From an uncultured Collinsella sp. (GTDB lineage Bacteria; Actinomycetota; Coriobacteriia; Coriobacteriales; Coriobacteriaceae): a stretch of DNA of 64,000 nucleotides. A program made the translations under genes and the position numbers. Numbering within the stretch: position 1 is the stretch's first letter; each line of letters begins with the position of its first letter. Below, in pieces: positions 8,131-19,456 of this stretch. Below the pieces are notes generated by a model. That model had not been told where the DNA came from. It saw only the letters and a program-made list of their open reading frames with translations, and did not search any database. The stretch covers positions 1,609 to 65,608 of the forward strand of contig CATYEN010000007.1 of assembly GCA_958405565.1 (NCBI GenBank). Reading direction: 5' to 3'.

Positions 8131-10308
8131 ATGAACTTCCGCTCATCTCTCGCCTGCACCTCGAGCGATATCGCCCGCTGGGGGCTGCGCTCTATCCTTA
8201 AGCGCCAGGGCGGCGTACTCCCCGGCCGCATCGCCATGAAGATCGACCCCGAGTTGCTGAGCGACCTCGCCGGCCTTGTCGACCGCAGCGTGGTGATTAC
8301 CGGTACTAACGGCAAGACCACCACCTCCAACCTCATCGCTGACGCCGTTGCTGCCAGCGGCGCTACCGTGGTGTGCAACCGTGCCGGCAACAATATGGAG
8401 CCTGGTGTGGTGGGTGCTCTGCTCGAGGCCCGCGGCGGCCTTAAGCACACCAGCAGCGGCAAGCGCGTGGGCGTTTTTGAGTGCGACGAGCTCTACACCG
8501 TACGCGTTCTGCCCAAGCTCAAACCGACGTACTTTGTGCTGCTCAACCTGTTCCGCGACCAGCTAGACCGCTACGGCGAGATCGACCATACCCAAGACGT
8601 CATCGCCCATGCGTTGGAGCTCTCTCCGACGACAACGCTCATCTACAACGCCGACGATCCGCTGTGCGCCTCGATTGCCGCGCGCGTCCCCAACACGAGC
8701 ATCGCCTTTGGCATCGACGGCGCCACGGGCACCGAGTCCGACCGCATTAGCGACTCGCGTTTTTGCTCGCAGTGCAACGCCCCGCTGGAATACGACTATG
8801 TGCAGTACGGACAGCTGGGCGCCTATCATTGCCCTTCGTGCGGCTGGGGTCGCCCCGCGCTGCTCCGCCGCGTGACGGGCGTTGAGCTCGGCTGCGACGG
8901 CTACGGCTTTGACCTGGCCTTTGGACCCGAGGCCAACGCGCCCGCCGTGCACATCGCCACGCGCTACAACGGCCTGTACATGGTCTATAACGTCGCCGCC
9001 GCCTTCTTTGCGGCGCACGAGCTGGGCGTGGACGCGGCGCACCTGCAGCCCACGCTTAATGCCTACGTGCCCGCCGGCGGACGCATGGGCCGCTGGGATA
9101 TTGCCGGCCGCACCGTCGAGGCCAACCTGGCCAAGAATCCCGTGGGCTTCGATCGCCAGATCCAGTCCATTAAAACGGCAGGTGGCAGGCTCTGCGCCTT
9201 CTTCCTAAACGATAACGATGCCGACGGCCACGATGTCTCGTGGATCTACGATGTCGACTTCGAGCGCATCGCCGACACGCCGGGTCTTGTCGCCTTTGCC
9301 GGAGGCACGCGTGCGCACGACATGCAGGTACGCCTCAAGTACGCCGGCATCGATGCCGCGATTATCTCGGACGTCGCGCAGGCGATCGGCGCCGTGGCAG
9401 ACGAGGCCGCCGATGACACCTTCTACGCCGTCGCCAACTACACGGCCTTCCCGCCGTTAGTCAAGGAGCTCGACGGGCTTAAAGGCACCGATGCGGCCAC
9501 GGTTGCCGCCCACGCTGCACCGTGCGCCGATGGTAGCGCTGTCCCCACCGATATTGCGCCGGTCGAGCTTTCGCGCCCGCTGCGCATCGTCTATCTGTAC
9601 CCCGATGCCCTTAACCTCTACGGCGACGGCGGCAACGTCATCGCCCTCGAACGCCGCTGCGCCTGGCGTGGCATTCCCGTGCGTGTAGACGAGGTCCGTA
9701 TGGGCGAGACGCTTGATTTGACCGATGCCGATATCGTCATGATGGGTGGCGGCTCCGACCGCGACCAGCTGGCCGTGGCACACGAGCTGCTCGCCCAAAA
9801 AGATAAGGTCGCGGCCTATGTTGAGGATGGCGGCTCGCTGCTTGCCATCTGTGGCAGCTATCAGCTGCTCGGCCGTTCGTACTACATGGGCGAGGATCGC
9901 ATTGAGGGTCTGGGCGTCATTGCCGCCGAGACTGTGCGCGGCTCCGACCGCCTGATCGGCAACGTCGCCGTCAAGACCGACCTGGCACCCGAGCCCTTTG
10001 TGGGATTCGAGAACCACGGCGGCCGCACCCTGCTCGACGCAGAGGCCACGCCGCTCGGAACGTCCGTCGTCGCGGGCACCGGCAACAACGGCGACGATGG
10101 CTTTGAGGGCCTCATCTACAAGGGCGTCATCGGCACGTACCTGCACGGGCCGGCGCTACCCAAGAACCCCGAGCTTGCCGACTGGCTCATCACCCACGCC
10201 CTCGAGCGCCGCGGCGACGTGCAAGCCACGGCCCTGCTGCCACTTAAGCCTCTCGACGACACCTACGAACACGCCGCCCACGACGCCGCCATGAAACTCC
10301 TCCCCTAA
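8131..10308 (+). CDS. murT-gatD: Fused lipid II isoglutaminyl synthase: MurT (Mur-ligase-like) plus GatD (glutamine amidotransferase)
   Basis: 725 aa. The N-terminal part has the Mur ligase P-loop ITGTNGKTTT and the Cys4 ribbon CSQCNAPLEY..CPSCGWG typical of MurT. From about residue 485 (near nt 9580) it reads LRIVYLYPDALNLYGDGGN ... LLAICGSYQLLG ... GFENHGGRT ... TYLHGPALPKNP, which looks like a GatD/CobQ-type amidotransferase with Cys and His. Confidence 0.8.
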   Translation: MNFRSSLACTSSDIARWGLRSILKRQGGVLPGRIAMKIDPELLSDLAGLVDRSVVITGTNGKTTTSNLIADAVAASGATVVCNRAGNNMEPGVVGALLEARGGLKHTSSGKRVGVFECDELYTVRVLPKLKPTYFVLLNLFRDQLDRYGEIDHTQDVIAHALELSPTTTLIYNADDPLCASIAARVPNTSIAFGIDGATGTESDRISDSRFCSQCNAPLEYDYVQYGQLGAYHCPSCGWGRPALLRRVTGVELGCDGYGFDLAFGPEANAPAVHIATRYNGLYMVYNVAAAFFAAHELGVDAAHLQPTLNAYVPAGGRMGRWDIAGRTVEANLAKNPVGFDRQIQSIKTAGGRLCAFFLNDNDADGHDVSWIYDVDFERIADTPGLVAFAGGTRAHDMQVRLKYAGIDAAIISDVAQAIGAVADEAADDTFYAVANYTAFPPLVKELDGLKGTDAATVAAHAAPCADGSAVPTDIAPVELSRPLRIVYLYPDALNLYGDGGNVIALERRCAWRGIPVRVDEVRMGETLDLTDADIVMMGGGSDRDQLAVAHELLAQKDKVAAYVEDGGSLLAICGSYQLLGRSYYMGEDRIEGLGVIAAETVRGSDRLIGNVAVKTDLAPEPFVGFENHGGRTLLDAEATPLGTSVVAGTGNNGDDGFEGLIYKGVIGTYLHGPALPKNPELADWLITHALERRGDVQATALLPLKPLDDTYEHAAHDAAMKLLP

Positions 10309-10401
10309 CCACCACAAAGGGGACAGGCACCTTTGTGGTGGTTTTCCAGTTTGCCAACGATATACGCGCCGGCAAAAAAGTCTGCTATACTCTTTCCCGC
10401 T

Positions 10402-10478
10402 GTCCCCATCGTCTAGCGGCCAAGGACGCCACCCTTTCAAGGTGGATATCGCGGGTTCGAATCCCGCTGGGGGCACCA
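10402..10478 (+). tRNA. tRNA-Glu (anticodon TTC), CCA encoded
   Basis: I folded the cloverleaf by hand. Acceptor GTCCCCA/TGGGGGC, D arm GTCT..GGAC, anticodon stem CCACC/GGTGG with loop CTTTCAA, T arm GCGGG-TTCGAAT-CCCGC, discriminator A, then CCA. Confidence 0.9.
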
Positions 10479-10490
10479 TTTAAATCGAGA

Positions 10491-10524
10491 AGCCCGTTGC
10501 CCTCGCGGTGACGGGCTTTTTTCT
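10491..10524 (+). terminator. Rho-independent terminator after tRNA-Glu
   Basis: Hairpin AGCCCGT...ACGGGCT followed by TTTTTTCTT. Confidence 0.75.
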
Positions 10525-10598
10525 TCTCCAACGCCGGGATTCGAACCCCGAAGGCATAAAATCTCACTGTCATCCAAGGGCCCGTGGACAAAAAATAG

Positions 10599-10787
10599 CA
10601 AATATGAGTACTGTTACCAATTTAGTAACAGCGATTTCATGCCATCAGAAGGCAATTTGGACGCCAGGCGTCCTACGGCGGAGGAATTACAGGCGCTTAT
10701 CAGCTAAGTACTTGGACATATGTTGCGTAACACTGCATATTTTGCAAAAAGATAATGCTACAGGGCTTGTGACAGTACTCATATTTG
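10599..10787. repeat. Perfect 16-bp inverted repeats bracketing a visibly AT-richer 157-bp segment
   Basis: caaatatgagtactgt (10599-10614) is the exact reverse complement of acagtactcatatttg (10772-10787). A second hairpin, ctgttac-N8-gtaacag, overlaps the end of the left arm (from 10611). Confidence 0.6.
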
Positions 10788-10861
10788 ACGTTTTTTGCCC
10801 ACGACCCCTTATTGCGTGGGCGAATCAGTTGCAAAGCGGGATCCAAAGCGTCCTTCGCAAA

Positions 10862-10897
10862 CAAAAAGCCGGGGCCCACGCGATGCAGACCCCGGCT
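10862..10897 (-). terminator. Rho-independent terminator of glnN
   Basis: Hairpin gccgggg...ccccggc (10867-10897). The adjacent plus-strand A-run gives a U-tract on the minus strand, just 3' of the glnN stop. Confidence 0.7.
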
Positions 10898-10926
10898 CAA
10901 TACCGTGACGATATGTCAGTTACGCT

Positions 10927-13014
<2,088 letters not shown>

Positions 13015-13093
13015 ACGGAACTCCCTTCGTATCGGCACCGCGTGAGAAGCGGTGTTGATTACTAACGAACGAGTCACAGATTAGACTCGTCGT

Positions 13094-13131
13094 GTTTCCG
13101 CAACATTACCGTTATGTTGCTGTCACGAAAC
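13094..13131. promoter_or_regulatory. Imperfect palindrome in the glnN leader/promoter region (candidate operator)
   Basis: GTTTCcGCAACATtaccgttATGTTGCtgtcacGAAAC. The outer GTTTC/GAAAC and inner GCAACAT/ATGTTGC inverted repeats lie 80-117 nt upstream of the glnN start. Confidence 0.35.
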
Positions 13132-13230
13132 CAATCAATGAGGTTACCGCATCGCGGCGGCGTTGCCGCCCTCAACAGCCAATCAACTGTATAAATTGCA
13201 GACCTCTCCCCATGGTTTAAGGGTAGTCAA

Positions 13231-13296
13231 TTTGGGATGGGGCTCTATTAACTGGTATTTCGCATCAGATACCAGTCTTTATAGCCCCGTCCCAAA
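13231..13296. other. 66-nt extended hairpin in the divergent glnN-metF intergenic region
   Basis: The outer stem tttgggatggggct / agccccgtcccaaa is 14 bp with one G-U pair. The inner stem actggtat / ataccagt is 8 bp. Neither strand has a U-tract after it. Confidence 0.5.
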
Positions 13297-13437
13297 TTTA
13301 CTGTCCCGTTATAGGCAATGCCGATAGCAAGGCATCTTCGATTGGTATCCCCAAATAGCGAGTAAAACTCCACCGTGGCACAGTGGTGCTGTAGAATCCT
13401 TACAACACATCGCACTAAATATCTAAAGGAGCACGAT

Positions 13438-14310
13438 ATGCGCGTCGACGAGGTTTTTAAGCAGGCAGCATCCCAGGGCACCACGCCCGTTTCGTTTGAG
13501 ATGTTCCCGCCCAAGGGCGAGCTCACCCTCGATACGGCTCGCGAGGTGGCGGGCAACCTGTGCAAGCTTTCGCCGAGCTTTGTCTCGGTCACCTGCTCGG
13601 CCGGCGGCTCGGGCAACGGTGCCACCACCGCCCCCATCGCGCATATGATCTCGAGCGAATTCGATACGCCCTCGGTCGCGCACCTCACCTGCGTTGGTCG
13701 CACCCACGCCGACATCGCCGCCAAGATCGACGAGTATCGCTCGGCCGGCGTGGAAAACATCCTGGCCCTGCGCGGCGACCTTCCCGCCGGCGCGACCGAG
13801 GACGACAAGCCCGCCTCCGACTACGCCTATGCTCGCGACCTCATCCCCGAGCTCGTCGACGCCGGCTTTTGCGTGGGCGCCGCGGCCTACCCCGAGGGCC
13901 ATATTGCCTGCGAGGATCTGAACCTCTCGGTCGAATACCTCAAGCAAAAGCAAGACGCCGGCGCGAGCTTCTTTGTGACGCAGCTCTTCTTTGATAACGA
14001 GTGCTTCTACCGCTTCCGCGAGCTTGCCGACAAGGCCGGTATCACCGTGCCCATCACCGCGGGCATCATGCCGTTTATGGGAAAGTCGCAGATCAGCCGC
14101 ATGGTCTTTATGTGCGGCGCGTCGCTGCCCTCCCCCGTCATCAAGATCCTCGCCAAGTACGAGAACGACCCCGAGAGTCTGCAGGCTGCCGGTGTGGATT
14201 ATGCCGCCCGCCAGCTTTGCGACCTCAAGGAGCGCGGCGCCGACGGTCTGCACCTGTACACTATGAACCGTCCTGCAATCGCCGCGACCATTATGGAGCG
14301 CCTGGGGTAA
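13438..14310 (+). CDS. metF: Methylenetetrahydrofolate reductase
   Basis: ORF 13375..14310, trimmed to the ATG at 13438 after AAAGGAG. Blocks seen: SFEMFPPKG, SVTCSAGGS, HLTCVG, ALRGD and FFVTQLFFD. Confidence 0.85.
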   Translation: MRVDEVFKQAASQGTTPVSFEMFPPKGELTLDTAREVAGNLCKLSPSFVSVTCSAGGSGNGATTAPIAHMISSEFDTPSVAHLTCVGRTHADIAAKIDEYRSAGVENILALRGDLPAGATEDDKPASDYAYARDLIPELVDAGFCVGAAAYPEGHIACEDLNLSVEYLKQKQDAGASFFVTQLFFDNECFYRFRELADKAGITVPITAGIMPFMGKSQISRMVFMCGASLPSPVIKILAKYENDPESLQAAGVDYAARQLCDLKERGADGLHLYTMNRPAIAATIMERLG

Positions 14311-15098
14311 TGGAAAAATCGCACATCGATACAACCGTTGTCGAAGTGCCGGCCGACCTTGCGTCGCCGGCGCTTTACCGTGTCGATGCTGCCCACCACC
14401 CCCGCGTCGACCGTGCCGAGATGCTGCGGTATCTGGGCTACGGCGGTCAGCAGATCGAGCCCGAACTGTCACAACGCATTGAGCTTGTCGTTGAGCGCCT
14501 GGAGCTAGACATTGAGCCCCGCGGCGTGCGTCGCGTCTTTGCCGTCGATGCCACGGGCGTCGACGAGCAGGGCGAGCCTTGCATTCGCCTAGTTGGCACC
14601 AATGTTGAGCTGCGGGGTCGCGATATCTATCGTCATCTTAAGGACGCCCGCCTGGCGGCGCTCATGGCCTGCACTCTCGGCATGGCCGCCGAGCGCCGTC
14701 TGCGGACCACCGGAGCCCAGCAGCCCCTGGAGGGCGCTGTGCTCGACGCCGCGTGCTCGGCATATGTTGAGGCCGCCGTTGAGCAGATGGACCAGCAGGT
14801 CAAGGCGGACGCTGCCGCACACGGGCTCGCCGGCAACTGGCGCTTCAGTCCCGGCTACGGCGACTGCCCGCTCTCGGCCCAGCGCTCAATCGTCGACGCG
14901 CTCAACGCCACGCGGCTCATTGGACTCACCGTCACACCCACCAGCCTGCTTATGCCCACCAAAAGCGTGACCGCGGTGATCGGCCTGTTCGACGGCGAAG
15001 TCCACGACGCCCAGAGTCGCCCCACCTGCAATATCTGCCGCATGCGTGAGCACTGCCGCTTCCGCGCAGCCCACACCACCTGCTATTCCAGCCATTAG
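14310..15098 (+). CDS. Stand-alone methionine synthase activation (AdoMet-binding) domain-like protein
   Basis: ATG at 14310 overlaps the metF stop (TAATG). The product (MEKSHIDTTVVEV...) contains the block NWRFSPGYGDCPL and a C-terminal Cys cluster (CNICRMREHCRF). It sits directly upstream of a metH that lacks its own C-terminal activation domain. Confidence 0.6.
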   Translation: MEKSHIDTTVVEVPADLASPALYRVDAAHHPRVDRAEMLRYLGYGGQQIEPELSQRIELVVERLELDIEPRGVRRVFAVDATGVDEQGEPCIRLVGTNVELRGRDIYRHLKDARLAALMACTLGMAAERRLRTTGAQQPLEGAVLDAACSAYVEAAVEQMDQQVKADAAAHGLAGNWRFSPGYGDCPLSAQRSIVDALNATRLIGLTVTPTSLLMPTKSVTAVIGLFDGEVHDAQSRPTCNICRMREHCRFRAAHTTCYSSH

Positions 15099-15107
15099 GA
15101 GCCCTCG

Positions 15108-17666
15108 ATGTTTACTCCGCTTATCACTCATGATTCTGACGGCGCTGCACTGGCGGCGCCTGTCAATGCCGCGCGTCTCAACGGCGCCACGTACAAGACG
15201 CGCACGATTGACGATCTGCGCATTAAGGATGACCGCTTACGCGCAGCCGTCGAGGGCACGGGGCACCTGCTGTTCGACGGCGGCATGGGCACCATGTTGC
15301 AGGCAGCCGGCATGAAGGCAGGCGCCCTGCCCGAGCTGCTCAACTTTGAGGAGCCCCAGGTCATCACCGACATCCAGCGCCAGTACGTCGAGGCCGGCTG
15401 TGACGTAATCACTGCCAACACCTTTGGCGCCAACGCCCACAAGCTCGACGGCGCTGCCACCGTGGCAGATGTCTTTGCCGCGGCTGTCACCTGCGCCCGC
15501 GAGGCCGGCGCCCGCTACGTCGCCGGCGACATCGGCCCCATCGGCGCGTTGCTGCGCCCCCTGGGCACCCTCAGCTTTGACGAGGCCTACGACCTTTTTG
15601 CCGAGGAAGTGCGCGCTGGCGTCGCCGCGGGTGTGGACCTCTTTATTATCGAGACCATGACCGACCTTGCCGAGATCAAGGCGGCTGTCCTCGCCTGCCG
15701 CGAGAACTCCGACCTGCCCGTCTTTGCCACCATGACCTTTGAGGAAGACGGTCGCACCTTCCTGGGCACGAGTCCCGAGGTTGCCGCCATCACGCTCGAT
15801 GCCATCGGCGCCGACGTTTTGGGCATCAACTGCAGCCAGGGACCGGCCGAGCTCCGAGGGCTCGCCGCTCGCATGCTCACCGTTACGGACAAGCCCGTTA
15901 TGGTGCAGGCCAACGCAGGACTGCCCCGCGTGGACGACGACGGCAACACCGTCTTTGATATCCAGGCGCCCGAGTACGCCGTGGCCGTCGCCGGCATGAT
16001 CGCCGACGGCGTGAGCGTCGTGGGCGGTTGCTGCGGCACCACGCCGGCGCACATGGCAGCGCTGCGCACGCTTATCGATAACCACACGCCCAGCCCGCGT
16101 CACCGCAAGCCCAGCATGTCGGTCACGAGCGCCCAAACGGTCGTGGATCTTCCCTGCGACGGCCACAAGATCGCCGTCATCGGCGAGCGCATCAACCCCA
16201 CCGGCAAAAAGCGCCTGCAGCAGGCCCTGCGCGACGGCGATCTGGACTACGTGGTGAGCCAGGGCATCAGCCAGCAGGAGCAGGGCGCCGACATCCTGGA
16301 CGTCAACGTGGGTCTGCCCGAGATCGACGAGGTCAAGATTATCCAACAGGCCACCGAGCAGCTCCAAGGCTCCACGCTGCTGCCGCTGCAGATCGACTCC
16401 ACCGATCCCGCCGCTGTCGAGGCCGCCGTACGCCGCTATGCCGGCAAGCCCATCATCAACTCCGTCAACGGCAAGCAGCAGATCATGGATGAGATCTTCC
16501 CGCTGGTCGCCCACTATGGAACCAACGTCGTCGGCCTTACGCTCGACGAAGGCGGCATCCCCGATACCGCCGAGGCCCGCTTTGCCATCGCCGAACGCAT
16601 CGTGGCCGAGGCCGCCCGCTACGGCATCGGCCCGGACCGTATCCTCATCGACTGCCTGGTCATGACCGCCTCGACCAATCAACGCCAGGCCGAGCAGATC
16701 CTACGCGCCATGTCCCTGTGCAAGGAGCGTCTGGGCGTCAAATGCGCGCTCGGCGTGTCGAACATCAGCTTTGGCCTGCCTGCCCGCCCGCTGCTGGGCT
16801 CGGTCTTTTTGGCCGCCGCCTTTGGCGCGGGCCTCGACGCCCCCATCATGAACCCGGGCTCCGAGCGCTTTATGGATACCGTCTACAGCTATCGCGTCCT
16901 GAGCGTTGAGGACGAGGGCTCGACCGGATACATCGAGCGCTACGCCGGCTGGACCGATCCGTACAAGATCGCCGCCAACCCGGCAGCAGCTCAGGCCGCA
17001 TCGAGTGATGCCGCGCCCGCTGCTGGCACCGCCGGCGCCGACGGCAACGACGACCCGATTCGTCGCATGGTCGTCTCGGGCCGCAAAGGCGAGATCGCTG
17101 CCGAGACCGAGCGTCTGCTGGCAGACCACGACGCCATGGACCTCATCAACAATCACTTTATCCCCGCCCTCGACGAAGTTGGCGTCCTCTTTGACCAGGG
17201 CAAGTTCTTCTTGCCGCAGCTTATGGCCTCGGCCGAAGCCGCGCGTGTGGGCTTCGACACCATCAAGCGCCTGATGCCCGCCGGCGAGATTGCCGACAAG
17301 GGCAAGATCTGCGTGGCCACCGTCAAGGGCGACATCCACGACATTGGCAAGAACATCGTCAAAATGCTGCTCGATAACTACGGCTACACCGTCTTTGACC
17401 TGGGCCGCGACGTCGATCCGCAGGAGGTACTCAAGACCGTCAAGGAGCGCGATATCAAGCTCGTCGGCCTCTCGGCGCTTATGACCACCACGGTCGTCGC
17501 CATGGAGGAGACCATCAAGCTGCTTCATGCCGAGGTGCCGGGCGTCAAGATCATCGTGGGCGGCGCCGTGCTCACCCCCGAATACGCCAAGCAGATCGGC
17601 GCGGACTACTACGCCAAGGATGCCGCCGAAAGCGCGCGCATCGCCGAAGAGGTCTTTGGGCAGTAA
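15108..17666 (+). CDS. metH: Cobalamin-dependent methionine synthase (Hcy-, pterin- and B12-binding modules; no activation domain)
   Basis: 852 aa. Blocks seen: FDGGMGTML, GGCCGTTP, the pterin-binding block, and the B12-binding motif GDIHDIGKNIV with SALMTTT. Confidence 0.85.
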   Translation: MFTPLITHDSDGAALAAPVNAARLNGATYKTRTIDDLRIKDDRLRAAVEGTGHLLFDGGMGTMLQAAGMKAGALPELLNFEEPQVITDIQRQYVEAGCDVITANTFGANAHKLDGAATVADVFAAAVTCAREAGARYVAGDIGPIGALLRPLGTLSFDEAYDLFAEEVRAGVAAGVDLFIIETMTDLAEIKAAVLACRENSDLPVFATMTFEEDGRTFLGTSPEVAAITLDAIGADVLGINCSQGPAELRGLAARMLTVTDKPVMVQANAGLPRVDDDGNTVFDIQAPEYAVAVAGMIADGVSVVGGCCGTTPAHMAALRTLIDNHTPSPRHRKPSMSVTSAQTVVDLPCDGHKIAVIGERINPTGKKRLQQALRDGDLDYVVSQGISQQEQGADILDVNVGLPEIDEVKIIQQATEQLQGSTLLPLQIDSTDPAAVEAAVRRYAGKPIINSVNGKQQIMDEIFPLVAHYGTNVVGLTLDEGGIPDTAEARFAIAERIVAEAARYGIGPDRILIDCLVMTASTNQRQAEQILRAMSLCKERLGVKCALGVSNISFGLPARPLLGSVFLAAAFGAGLDAPIMNPGSERFMDTVYSYRVLSVEDEGSTGYIERYAGWTDPYKIAANPAAAQAASSDAAPAAGTAGADGNDDPIRRMVVSGRKGEIAAETERLLADHDAMDLINNHFIPALDEVGVLFDQGKFFLPQLMASAEAARVGFDTIKRLMPAGEIADKGKICVATVKGDIHDIGKNIVKMLLDNYGYTVFDLGRDVDPQEVLKTVKERDIKLVGLSALMTTTVVAMEETIKLLHAEVPGVKIIVGGAVLTPEYAKQIGADYYAKDAAESARIAEEVFGQ

Positions 17667-17774
17667 CACAACGGAAACAACCGAGCACCAAAACGTGCCG
17701 TATGCGCCACTTGGCACGTGCGGCACGTTAAAATAAAAAAGATTATGCTCGTTTTGGCAGATAGGAGCGCAAGG

Positions 17775-19139
17775 ATGGCGATCACGCCCGCAGAAATCGC
17801 GGAAACCCGCGGCATGGTTGAGGAGCAGAACCTCGACATCAGGACCATCACCATGGGTGTTTCGCTCATGGGTTGCGGTGACGAGAACCTCGACCGCATG
17901 TGCACGAAGATCTACGACCACGTGACGCACACGGCTGAGCATCTGGTCGAGACCGCCGAGAACCTCGAGCGCGAGTACGGTATCCCCATCGTCAACAAGC
18001 GCGTTTCCGTCACCCCGGTGGCGCAGATCGCCGCATGCTGCAAGGATGAGGACCTCACCCCTATCGCGCACGCCCTCGACCGCGCGGCCGAGACGCTCGG
18101 CATCGATTACCTGGGCGGCTTCTCCGCACTCGTCCAGAAGGGCATCGGCGACGCCGACCGCCGCGTCATCCAGTCCATCCCCCAGGCACTCGCCACCACG
18201 AGCCGTGTCTGCTCCAGCGTCAATGTTGCTAGCCTGCGCGCTGGCATCAACATGGACGCCGTGCTTATGGCGGCTCAGACCATCATCGATGCCGCTAAAC
18301 TCACGGCCGACCAGGATTCCGTCGGCGCTTCCAAGTTTGTCTGCTTTGCCAACATGGTCGAGGACTCCCCGTTTATGGCGGGCGCCGTCCACGGCGGTGG
18401 CGAGGCCGACGCCGTCATCAACGTAGGCGTCTCGGGCCCCGGCGTTATGGCCGCAGCCCTGGAGACGCTGCCCGATTCCGCATCGATGATGGAAGTCGCC
18501 GAAAAGATTAAGCAGACCGCCTTTAAGATCACCCGCGCCGGCGAGCTCATGAGCCGCGAGGCCGCCCATCGTCTGGGTGTCGAGAAGGGCATTGTCGACC
18601 TGTCGCTGGCTCCCACGCCCGCCATCGGCGACTCCGTCGCGCGCATCCTCGAGATCATCGGCGTGGGCACCTGCGGTGGCCCGGGCACGACCTGCGCGCT
18701 CGCCATGCTCAACGATGCCGTCAAGAAGGGCGGCGTCATGGCCAGCTCCAGCGTGGGTGGCCTCTCGGGCGCCTTTATCCCCGTGTCCGAGGACGCCGGC
18801 ATGATCGCCGCCGTCGAGGCTGGCGCGCTTTCGCTCGAGAAGCTCGAGGCCATGACCTGCGTGTGCTCCGTTGGCCTGGACATGATCGCCATCCCCGGCG
18901 ACACCCCGGTCGAGACCATCGCCGGCATCATCGCCGACGAGATGGCCATCGGCGTCATCAACAACAAGACCACGGCCGTCCGCGTGATTCCCGCCATCGG
19001 CAAGGGCGTGGGCGACTGCGTCGAGTACGGCGGCCTGTTCGGCCGTGCGCCCATCATGCCGGTGAACCCCAACGCCGGCACCGTGCTTGCCCATCGCGGT
19101 GGACGCTTCCCGGCACCGCTGAACTCGCTCAAGAACTAG
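17775..19139 (+). CDS. UPF0210 (DUF711) family protein
   Basis: ORF 17718..19139, trimmed to the ATG at 17775 after AGGAGC. The product ([31 protein letters not shown]...) is collinear with the UPF0210 family as I recall it. Confidence 0.7.
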   Translation: MAITPAEIAETRGMVEEQNLDIRTITMGVSLMGCGDENLDRMCTKIYDHVTHTAEHLVETAENLEREYGIPIVNKRVSVTPVAQIAACCKDEDLTPIAHALDRAAETLGIDYLGGFSALVQKGIGDADRRVIQSIPQALATTSRVCSSVNVASLRAGINMDAVLMAAQTIIDAAKLTADQDSVGASKFVCFANMVEDSPFMAGAVHGGGEADAVINVGVSGPGVMAAALETLPDSASMMEVAEKIKQTAFKITRAGELMSREAAHRLGVEKGIVDLSLAPTPAIGDSVARILEIIGVGTCGGPGTTCALAMLNDAVKKGGVMASSSVGGLSGAFIPVSEDAGMIAAVEAGALSLEKLEAMTCVCSVGLDMIAIPGDTPVETIAGIIADEMAIGVINNKTTAVRVIPAIGKGVGDCVEYGGLFGRAPIMPVNPNAGTVLAHRGGRFPAPLNSLKN

Positions 19140-19156
19140 CTGAGGGGTGCTGGCGA

Positions 19157-19290
19157 GGAGCCCCGGGGAGGGCAAATATATAAGGTCGCCTGCTCGGACA
19201 GTCCTGACTCGCACGGAGAGCACATTAAGTGCTCTCCGGCTCGTGCGGAACTCGCGATCGACCTTATATATTTGCCCTCCCCGGGGCTCC
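19157..19290. repeat. 134-nt nested palindromic element with perfect 32-bp arms
   Basis: ggagccccggggagggcaaatatataaggtcg (19157-19188) is the exact reverse complement of 19259-19290. The 70-nt centre contains a second perfect 10-bp hairpin, cggagagcac-attaa-gtgctctccg (19214-19238). Confidence 0.85.
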
Positions 19291-19456
19291 CGCACAACGG
19301 GACCTCGGTTGGGTTCTGTCCCGTGTGGCAGTCGCTTCGCTCCTGCCCTCCTTGGTTGTGAGGGCGGTTTGGCGTTGGAACGGTTCTTTCTGATATATGC
19401 TGGTTGCGGCTCTTCTTTTGGGAGGAGTCGCTTTTTTGTTGCTAGGAGGTTGGCCC

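Noticed and set aside
13200-13437. Possible SAM, SAH or cobalamin riboswitch upstream of metF-metH
   Set aside because: I could not match the conserved cores of these riboswitch classes from memory. Only generic hairpins are visible, so it is kept as an unclassified structured leader.
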